From IMG/VR virus record IMGVR_UViG_3300044728_000254, positions 1 through 45,817 of that record: a DNA stretch of 45,817 nt; one strand, 5' to 3'. A program made the translations under genes and the position numbers. Each line of letters begins with the position of its first letter. The first letter of the stretch is position 1. This stretch comes from a virus. Lineage: Duplodnaviria > Caudoviricetes. Below are positions 26,009-32,833 of the stretch, one piece after another. The notes below the pieces were generated by a model. That model searched no databases. It was not told the DNA's origin and saw nothing but the letters and a program-made list of their open reading frames with translations.

Positions 26009-26356
26009 TTAGGCAATTCGATTCACAAAACCAGACATATTGAGCACGTTGGTGGTGCCCGCGAAGGCTCGCACCACCAGGCCGGTGGCCAGGATGATGC
26101 CCGGCACCACCAGGATCGGCGGGCTGTTGGCCGGGATGCTCAGACTCTTGACCATATGGTCTGCAGGATCGGAGACTCCTCCCCACTCGATGGTCAGGTT
26201 CACCGCAGCCGCAGAGGCGTTGGAGACCCACAACCAGATCTCGTCCGTGCCCCCGGAGGTGTGCAGCAGGGTACCAGCCGTAGCTGTGGCGGCCACGGGG
26301 ATGACCTGGCCGTCCGCCGAGCCGCCGGAAAGATGCAATTTGCTATAGGTTGCCAT
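26009..26356 (-). CDS. Conserved small virion beta-protein associated with tail fibres
   Basis: MATYSK..LSG...VAATATAGT.LHT...DEIWLW...LTIEWGG...VRAFA..NV....GFVNRI pattern. Confidence 0.75.
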   Translation of the reverse strand: MATYSKLHLSGGSADGQVIPVAATATAGTLLHTSGGTDEIWLWVSNASAAAVNLTIEWGGVSDPADHMVKSLSIPANSPPILVVPGIILATGLVVRAFAGTTNVLNMSGFVNRIA

Positions 26357-28105
26357 TTATCGCACTCCAAAAATCTGTGTCGCCAGAACGTCCGCCGCCT
26401 GGATCTCGAACTCTTCCGCCCGCTGCTGGATGCTCATGTTGCCCCCGGCCTTCAGGCGGGGGATCAACGGTTGCCTTCTTCCCAGACTCTGCCCGGCGAG
26501 AATGTTTTGATCGGACTCCGGGGCAAAGCCTGCTGCGGCCACTTCGTATTCGTCCGCTCGACGGGTCAGGGTGACGTTGGCCCCCTGCTTCAGACGGGGA
26601 ATCTCCGGGGTTCTTCGCCCCATGCTCTGGCCTTCGAGCACATCTCCACCACCGCTGCCGCTGGCCGCGATCTCGAACTCATCGGCTCGCTGGGTGAGGG
26701 TGACGCCGGTTCCGGCCTTCAGCCGGGGGACCAACGGCATACGGCGGCCATGGATCTGATTGACCAGGAGATTCTGATCGGAGTCGAAGCCGTTGCCCGA
26801 AACAACCATCTGAAGGATGTCTCCGGTCTGCCCGGCGACACCGACTGCTCCGGCTGTCCCAGTTCCACTGCCCGTTCCCCCGGCTCCTCCTGATCCTCCT
26901 GCCACGTTCAAACTTCCACTACCTGAGTAGGTCTCATACATGAGCATGAGAGCGCCGCCACCACCACCTCCACCTCCGCCACCTCCGCCACAGTTCCCTA
27001 AAGTTGGAGTCCCACCATTTCCGCCATTGCCTCCAATCGCTTTTAATTCCCCATTATTGACGATGGTCCTAGCGCTGATGTAGATCACTCCACCGCCACC
27101 ACCACCTCCGCCACCCTTTCCACCAGCGTTCACTCCATCTCCCGAAGCTCCACCTCCACCGGCTCCGCCTGATCCCCCCCGAAGCCCAAAGATGCCCGTG
27201 GAAGTTGCGGCAACCATAGGGGGCATAGGAAAGCTTCGAGACCCACGCTGAACGATTCCCGTAGCACGGGCGCCACCGGCGCCGCCCGCTCCCGGAACAC
27301 CTGAGGGTCCATCACCACCAAGTCCTCCAGCACCACCAGAAGCCCATGACTGACTTGTAGTGGTAGCGTCCGCTCCGCCCTGCCCAACGGCGCCGTTGGT
27401 TGTGGTACCGTTTCCTCCGTCCCCACCCTGGTAACCTGAAATGCCCATCAACCCGACAGCACCAAGACCGTTACTTCCGCCCGATGACCCTACCCCGCCG
27501 TCGCTTCCGTTGATAAACTGACTAATACCACTGGACGTGCTGACGATTCTTCCGGTGGCTTCAATGGTGAGAGTACCCGAAACAAAAATCAACATTCCCT
27601 GATGACACAATGTAGCCCCCGCAGCAATCGTCAAGTTGCGATAATAATGCGTTCTCGCAATGACCTCCGTCCCGGTCACGGTGTAATCGCCGTCTATCCC
27701 ATCGCCAAACATGAAGGGGATGTTGGCGATGCCCTGGGCGTTGATGGTGAACTCGTCGGCCTGCTGAAAAATGACGATCTGATTGCCGGCCTTGAGCCGG
27801 GGAATGAGCGGGCTTCTTCTTCCCATGACCTGGCCTTCGAGCACGTCGCCCCCGCCGCCGCCGCTGGAGGCGATCTCGAACTCGTCCGCCCGTCGGGTGA
27901 TGGTGATGTTGCTGCCCGCCTTGAGCCGGGGAATCGTCTCCCGCAGATGATCGAAGACCTGGCTCTCCAGCACGGTTATCCCGTCGTCGCCCGGGGGACC
28001 GGGCTGGCCACCGCCGGCCATCACGGCCGACAGCAGGCGATGCAGGTGGCGAAACTCCGCATCGATGGAGGGCTGGTCATGGTGGCTGTTGTGCAGCAGG
28101 GCCAT
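26357..28105 (-). CDS. Glycine-rich tail fibre with five repeated modules
   Basis: 5x PRLK.G.....ADE(F/Y) modules flanking a FGDG.DG + poly-Gly core. Confidence 0.8.
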   Translation of the reverse strand: MALLHNSHHDQPSIDAEFRHLHRLLSAVMAGGGQPGPPGDDGITVLESQVFDHLRETIPRLKAGSNITITRRADEFEIASSGGGGGDVLEGQVMGRRSPLIPRLKAGNQIVIFQQADEFTINAQGIANIPFMFGDGIDGDYTVTGTEVIARTHYYRNLTIAAGATLCHQGMLIFVSGTLTIEATGRIVSTSSGISQFINGSDGGVGSSGGSNGLGAVGLMGISGYQGGDGGNGTTTNGAVGQGGADATTTSQSWASGGAGGLGGDGPSGVPGAGGAGGARATGIVQRGSRSFPMPPMVAATSTGIFGLRGGSGGAGGGGASGDGVNAGGKGGGGGGGGGVIYISARTIVNNGELKAIGGNGGNGGTPTLGNCGGGGGGGGGGGGALMLMYETYSGSGSLNVAGGSGGAGGTGSGTGTAGAVGVAGQTGDILQMVVSGNGFDSDQNLLVNQIHGRRMPLVPRLKAGTGVTLTQRADEFEIAASGSGGGDVLEGQSMGRRTPEIPRLKQGANVTLTRRADEYEVAAAGFAPESDQNILAGQSLGRRQPLIPRLKAGGNMSIQQRAEEFEIQAADVLATQIFGVR

Positions 28106-28340
28106 CCGTGGCTCTCGGCTTTCCGCGGGGGTGTCCGATGGGCAGCCGCTGGCGATAGACCGGCGCTTCCGCCGCGGCCAGGTCCAGGGTGCCGCCGTGC
28201 GTGGATGGTATCAGGTTTGTTTTCAGGAGGGTATCGATCAGCCAGAGGCGGAAGGAATCCTCCTCCAGGTCCAGCACGTCGATGTCGCCGACCGAACCGT
28301 CCGTGGTCTGCCCCTTGACGATCACCGTTCCTCGACGCAT
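28077..28340 (-). CDS. Hypothetical protein
   Basis: 87 aa; first ORF after AT-rich intergenic region. Confidence 0.55.
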   Translation of the reverse strand: MRRGTVIVKGQTTDGSVGDIDVLDLEEDSFRLWLIDTLLKTNLIPSTHGGTLDLAAAEAPVYRQRLPIGHPRGKPRATDGPAAQQPP

Positions 28341-28384
28341 GGGCTTCTTCTTTGGTTGGTCAAAAATCCAACAACAATAATAAG

Positions 28385-28636
28385 GGCTGTGAATTGTGTG
28401 ATATCTTGGCTAGTGTCTTCTCGTCGACGCACCAGACTACATTGGGTGGTGTGTACTTGTTTTCGCTCACCAACATGTCGTAGGACTCCTCCTTCGAGAT
28501 ATCACAGGCGGCTGTGCATACTTTTGTGAAATCTTGGGGGTTTGTTAACAGGAAGAGCGCCCCACGGCTATTTTCACAGGCGAATCGCACGGATTTCACA
28601 GAAAAACTCACAGGATATCACAGGTCATTCACAGGC
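28385..28636. repeat. Phased TCACAG iteron-like array in AT-rich non-coding region
   Basis: TCACAG at 28574, 28596, 28608, 28618, 28629 (degenerate copy 28585), another at 28502; inverted copies near 28387-28401 and 28524. Confidence 0.75.
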
Positions 28637-28646
28637 TGTAACGCCC

Positions 28647-28694
28647 AAAAAAGCGGGGCGGGTCAGCGGCCTTTGCTCCGCCTTCCCGCCCCGC
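28647..28694 (-). terminator. Intrinsic terminator
   Basis: GCGGGGCGGG...CCCGCCCCGC followed by TTTTTT on minus strand. Confidence 0.8.
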
Positions 28695-28714
28695 AAGGCT
28701 TACAGAAACAACCT

Positions 28715-28957
28715 TCACGGGACGTTGTCGATCACCCACTGTTCCCACTCCCGCAGCTGGCGGATGATCTTCCAGTGCGTATCCGACCGCACCCGCACGG
28801 CCACCCGGGTCCGGGTCACCGCCGAGCTGCTCGGGGCGGGAGTCGGATCGGGCGGAGGCGGATGGTTGCAGCAGCAACAGCAGGCGCAGCACGGGCGGCA
28901 CTCACAACAGCCGCAGCGGCCGCGGGGACATCGACAACGACAATGCACTCGTCGCAT
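28715..28957 (-). CDS. Extremely Cys-rich (metallothionein-like) small protein
   Basis: 14 Cys in 25 residues; GAGGAAGG RBS; followed by terminator. Confidence 0.6.
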   Translation of the reverse strand: MRRVHCRCRCPRGRCGCCECRPCCACCCCCNHPPPPDPTPAPSSSAVTRTRVAVRVRSDTHWKIIRQLREWEQWVIDNVP

Positions 28958-28975
28958 GGAACCCGCCTTCCTCAA

Positions 28976-29482
28976 TTAGCGCAGGCGATGGCCCGTGTTG
29001 GGGTCAAACTTCGGTCCCTTGGTCTTCACCCGGGCGACGTTGGAGAATCCGCGGCGCATCATCGTGGGGGCCACTTCCGGATCGTTGTCCGTCCAGATGC
29101 ACACCACCTGCTCGCCGTCGACCGTGGCCAGCGCCGGAACCATGTCCGCAATGATCTGCCCGGCGTCGGCCAGGCTGACGATGTCCGTCTTGTTCCAGAA
29201 GCCGGCGTTGATGATCCCCGGACCATCGAGACCATCGGTGGGATCCAGGCCGTTTTCGATCATGGCGGAGGCCACGTGGCGGTGGGTCAGCTTGCTGATC
29301 GACTGCTGCTGGCCGGTATCCATGTTGGTCTCCGTGGTGGGCAGGATCTGGCTGTAGCGGATCACGTCGCCGTCCTGGAACGGCTGCTCCGCAAACTGCG
29401 AGGGGTCGGGGGTCACGTTCCCGGGCGGAATGATGACCGGCGACACGGGCACGTTGGCCCTGGTGACTTCACTGTGTGACAT
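28976..29482 (-). CDS. Hypothetical protein
   Basis: 168 aa; AAAGGA RBS; GC3-rich codons. Confidence 0.75.
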   Translation of the reverse strand: MSHSEVTRANVPVSPVIIPPGNVTPDPSQFAEQPFQDGDVIRYSQILPTTETNMDTGQQQSISKLTHRHVASAMIENGLDPTDGLDGPGIINAGFWNKTDIVSLADAGQIIADMVPALATVDGEQVVCIWTDNDPEVAPTMMRRGFSNVARVKTKGPKFDPNTGHRLR

Positions 29483-29565
29483 GGGCGAATCCTTTCAAAA
29501 AGACAATCCTGCAGGAGGGGGGAGTGCGAGGGCAACCATGCCCGCGCCTTTGTTTTGCGAGCACT

Positions 29566-29595
29566 ATTGTAGCGTAGAAGCAGGCACGGGAACAA
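29566..29595 (-). promoter_or_regulatory. Possible sigma70-type promoter
   Basis: TTGTTC-18 nt-TACAAT upstream of the two-gene unit 28715-29482. Confidence 0.45.
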
Positions 29596-29596
29596 C

Positions 29597-29989
29597 TCAT
29601 GACGCGGCCCGCACGCAGTCGGGATGGTTGCACAACGTCTGGGTTTCGTCGGTCCAGGAGCACGCCTGGATCATCCCTCCGAAGCCCTCCACAATGCTGC
29701 AGGCGTCGTTCTCCATGCAGCCGCACTCCCGGCACACGCCCCGCAGCGGCTTCTTCGCTTCGGGCTCTACGGCCATGCCCGCCTTGCGCCGCCACCCCTC
29801 GTAATCGCCACTCTTGCAGTAGTGCAGGCTGCCGGGCCACTCGCGGATGATCTTGCAGGCGGTTTTGTTCCGGATGTGCGACGCGCTCAACAGCTTGCCC
29901 GTGCGGTCCTTCATGAACCAGTGCTGGTCCTTGTACTTGATCAGGGCCCCGCCGGCGTGCAGTGCGTCAATGATCGCTTTGCTTCTCAT
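29597..29989 (-). CDS. Protein with C-terminal Zn finger
   Basis: GGGAGG RBS; CRECGC...AC...CSW...LC...C. Confidence 0.7.
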   Translation of the reverse strand: MRSKAIIDALHAGGALIKYKDQHWFMKDRTGKLLSASHIRNKTACKIIREWPGSLHYCKSGDYEGWRRKAGMAVEPEAKKPLRGVCRECGCMENDACSIVEGFGGMIQACSWTDETQTLCNHPDCVRAAS

Positions 29990-30672
29990 AGAACCTCCCT
30001 GGGCCACTGGCGGACGCCGAGCATATTGCACATCGAACGCCCGGCCTTTGGTCCACTCTCCCCGCCCACGATCACCCAGTCCAGCCCGCGATGATGCTGG
30101 TGGTCGTACCGTTTCTCTGGATCGTGGATATCCCCGCAGCGGCAGCACATCCGAAGATCGGGGCGGGGTCTGAAGCCGCCGTGGTATGGTTTCTCTTTTC
30201 CCTCTAGCCAGTCCAGCCCCTCCTGCGCAGCCTTCAAGTAGTGCCTCCCTCCGGCACACCGTTTCAAGTACTCCCGCATACGCTCCGGCCGCTTGGTGAG
30301 CGCCTGCCAGGTGATCCCGGGCGTGCAGGCGAACATGGCGAACATCTTATCCAGGAACTCGTGGGGCACGCCGGGGTGGAACGTGTCGCTCATGTCGTTG
30401 ACAAACACCATCCACTGCCCGCCGGAGTTGCGGCGGCTGGGGCGGCGACGCCAGCGGAGCGGCTCTGACAGCAGCTCCGGGTGCAACCGGATCTGCCCCG
30501 TCCACCTGGGCCCCGCCCCAGTGTGCTCCGCCACCCCCTTGTACTTGTGGGAAAGTCGCAGGCGGGTGGCCGACAGCCTCTCCGCGTAGCAGTTCCGGCA
30601 CCCTTCGCTCACCCGCGTGCACCCGGTGATGCAGTTGAAGGTGTCGTCGGTCCACTGGATGGAGGCGCTCAT
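29986..30672 (-). CDS. Phage gp37/gp68 (DUF5131) radical-SAM-like protein, internally deleted
   Basis: IQWTD.TFN.ITGCTRVSEGCRNCYA, FVNDMSDTFH, LTKRPERM, DWVIVGGESG present; central and C-terminal blocks absent. Confidence 0.85.
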   Translation of the reverse strand: MSASIQWTDDTFNCITGCTRVSEGCRNCYAERLSATRLRLSHKYKGVAEHTGAGPRWTGQIRLHPELLSEPLRWRRRPSRRNSGGQWMVFVNDMSDTFHPGVPHEFLDKMFAMFACTPGITWQALTKRPERMREYLKRCAGGRHYLKAAQEGLDWLEGKEKPYHGGFRPRPDLRMCCRCGDIHDPEKRYDHQHHRGLDWVIVGGESGPKAGRSMCNMLGVRQWPREVL

Positions 30673-31031
30673 CGCCAGCCTACCTTTTCTGCCCACGTTC
30701 CGGCGACGAGCGCCTCCCGGTTTGCATCGCACCAGGCACGCCACCCTTGGTTCGTTCTGATGGTTTCTTCTTTGGGTTGCTCGGCGAGCAGCTGATAGGA
30801 TGTGCTCTCATAGAAGCCCGACTCGGAACGCTTTTGGCACTTGATGTGTGATGGCGCGGCAGTCGATCGATACACAAAAACCTGTTCGGTCGGCTTCACC
30901 ACGTCGTCGGGCTGGTCCAAGGCATCCCACTCCCCGGTCTTGTGGTTCTTGACCACTCGCAACATGAATGGCGCCCGTCGCAAATCCAGGACGACGCCCT
31001 GCGCTGGTCCGTCCAGAAAGGTGGCGCTCAT
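30669..31031 (-). CDS. Phage hypothetical protein
   Basis: FLDGPAQG..L.L.RAP..LRVV...WDALDQ.DD pattern; ATGA coupling. Confidence 0.7.
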   Translation of the reverse strand: MSATFLDGPAQGVVLDLRRAPFMLRVVKNHKTGEWDALDQPDDVVKPTEQVFVYRSTAAPSHIKCQKRSESGFYESTSYQLLAEQPKEETIRTNQGWRAWCDANREALVAGTWAEKVGWR

Positions 31032-31108
31032 AGTCGCATCCCCACCACCAGACCCAGCAGCACCCACCCGGTCACCCATACAAGCAAAAACGTCTTCGAA
31101 ACCTTCAA
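31028..31108 (-). CDS. 26-aa single-TM microprotein
   Basis: MKVSKTFLLVWVTGWVLLGLVVGMRL; TTGA and ATGA overlaps with both neighbours. Confidence 0.5.
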   Translation of the reverse strand: MKVSKTFLLVWVTGWVLLGLVVGMRL

Positions 31109-31371
31109 TTTATGCTCCTTTTCTGTTCGGCCATGATTTCCTCACCCAGGCGGGTGAGGGCCGCCAGGGCCAGGTTGCGGATCAGGGACACGTCCACGTC
31201 GTTCAGGTCCACCAGCATCAGGCGGAAGGCCATGGCGTCCACGGTGTCGGCCAGCTGGCGCTGCAACAGCTCGATCACCTCCGGCGCGGTCTCCTCCCGC
31301 AGCACGGTCTTGAGAAACGCCCAGGCGTCAGCGCTGTTTTTCATAGGGATGGAGTGGGTGCGCCAACTCAT
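31105..31371 (-). CDS. Hypothetical helical protein
   Basis: 88 aa; GC3-rich codons. Confidence 0.6.
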   Translation of the reverse strand: MSWRTHSIPMKNSADAWAFLKTVLREETAPEVIELLQRQLADTVDAMAFRLMLVDLNDVDVSLIRNLALAALTRLGEEIMAEQKRSIN

Positions 31372-31466
31372 CGTGTACCGCTCAATTCAGCACCGCATCG
31401 GGGTCCGGGCGATCATGCTCACGGATGTGCATGCAGCCCATGTCTCTCCACCATGGCGGCGCCCGA

Positions 31467-32024
31467 TCAGTCGCCTCCGGGATCTTCTTTGCCACGCTCG
31501 GCCTGGACTTCCGCCAGGTGATCTTTGCCCGATAGGAGCGGCTTTCTGGCCGCCTTTGTTTTGCCCTTCTTCGGCGGGGTGAGTCTGGTGAGGGGCGCGG
31601 GCGGCCTCGCGTACTTCTTGTTGTCCGTCCACCGCCCATGCTTGGAGTCCCAATACGGCTTGCCCGCCGGCTGGGGCGGGCGCGACTCGCTCCCGTCACG
31701 GGCCAGGCTTTGCAGGCGCGTCACCGGCTTCTTTGGGGCTGCCTTCTTCTTCGTGGGCTCCTTGACCTTCGGTTTCCCGTCGTAACCGAGGTTCCCCGCT
31801 ATGCGGCACGCCTCCTGGGCTTTATCCACCTCCTCCAGCAGCGCGTCCCGTGCCCCCTCGATCTTGTCCCGCTCGATCTGCGCCTGCAACCAGGTGCGTT
31901 CCCAGAAGGAGCACGACTCCTTCGCCCTCTTGTGAGTCTCCTGGTGATTTTTCAATTGCCAGTCGTTGAAACAATTGCACCCGCACTCCGGGCAGGCGAC
32001 GCGCGTTCTCTGGAAGGGTCTCAT
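31467..32024 (-). CDS. C2H2 zinc-finger protein with coiled coil and basic tail
   Basis: C-x2-C-x12-H-x3-H (CPEC...HQETH); AAAGGAG RBS. Confidence 0.7.
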   Translation of the reverse strand: MRPFQRTRVACPECGCNCFNDWQLKNHQETHKRAKESCSFWERTWLQAQIERDKIEGARDALLEEVDKAQEACRIAGNLGYDGKPKVKEPTKKKAAPKKPVTRLQSLARDGSESRPPQPAGKPYWDSKHGRWTDNKKYARPPAPLTRLTPPKKGKTKAARKPLLSGKDHLAEVQAERGKEDPGGD

Positions 32025-32072
32025 GTTTATCTCCTTTGGGGCATCTCCTCCCCGCGCGGCGCCCGCACGGGG

Positions 32073-32309
32073 TTACTTCGCTTCGAACAGGGGCAGGCGA
32101 TCCTCGGTGGCCGCGGCGATCAGCTCGGCGGTGATCCGCTTGAACCGCTTGCGCAGCCCGGCCAGCTCCTTAGCCTTGTCGCGGATCTCGTCCTGCAGGT
32201 GCTCCATCTCCTTGCCGCAGCGGATCCACGCCGAGCGCTGGCGCTCGTCCGCTGTGTGGCTGTTGGTGTCGATGTGGGTCTTGAAATGCGTCCTGGATGG
32301 CCGGGCCAT
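32073..32309 (-). CDS. Small coiled-coil protein
   Basis: AGGAGG RBS; ends DRLPLFEAK. Confidence 0.7.
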   Translation of the reverse strand: MARPSRTHFKTHIDTNSHTADERQRSAWIRCGKEMEHLQDEIRDKAKELAGLRKRFKRITAELIAAATEDRLPLFEAK

Positions 32310-32317
32310 AAAACCTC

Positions 32318-32833
32318 CTACACCGCCAGCTTGGCGGCGATGATCCTGCGGTACTTGGTCACGGTCGCGTCGCTGAAGCCCACGAGCTGGCTTGCTGCGA
32401 ACGCCGGCAGGATGGGGTCACACACCAGCGTGTCGAGCAGCTCGACCAGGGCCTCCCGATACGCCGCCTTCATCACCTGGCCGTGATTGGCCAAAGGATC
32501 GTCCAGACCCAGCTCCCCCCATATGTCGGACTTGGCCTGTCCTAGAACCATACGCAGGGTTGAATTCCACGGCTCCAGCCACTTGCCGATTCCCTGCTGA
32601 TCGTCCGCGTAGACGTCGGAACGCCCGCAAAGGCGCTCAAGGGGCGATGCGTTCGCGTTTGGCTTTGGCGGTGGCGCGGGAGATGGCGGACTGCTCAACG
32701 GTGGATTCGGTGATGGGCTTTTCTCGGTCGCTCTTGTAGCGGTTGTAGAACTCGATGAGCTTGACGGCGCGACGCCCGTTTCGCTCACCAAGCGACTCAT
32801 GGACTGCGTCGTAAGCCGCGGATTTGTTTGCAT
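32318..32833 (-). CDS. Putative HTH protein (start uncertain, likely shorter)
   Basis: C-terminal AASQLVGFSDATVTKYRR resembles an HTH. Confidence 0.5.
   Translation of the reverse strand: MQTNPRLTTQSMSRLVSETGVAPSSSSSSTTATRATEKSPSPNPPLSSPPSPAPPPKPNANASPLERLCGRSDVYADDQQGIGKWLEPWNSTLRMVLGQAKSDIWGELGLDDPLANHGQVMKAAYREALVELLDTLVCDPILPAFAASQLVGFSDATVTKYRRIIAAKLAV

Noticed and set aside
26357-28105. Diversity-generating retroelement or invertible fibre system
   Set aside because: Repeats diverge at all bases rather than only adenines, are direct not inverted, and no reverse transcriptase or invertase is present
28360-28611. 83-aa ORF across the repeat region
   Set aside because: Atypical codons, no clear RBS; better explained as non-coding iteron region
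31822-31830. DnaA-box-like TTATCCACC
   Set aside because: Single 8/9 match inside a CDS; expected by chance
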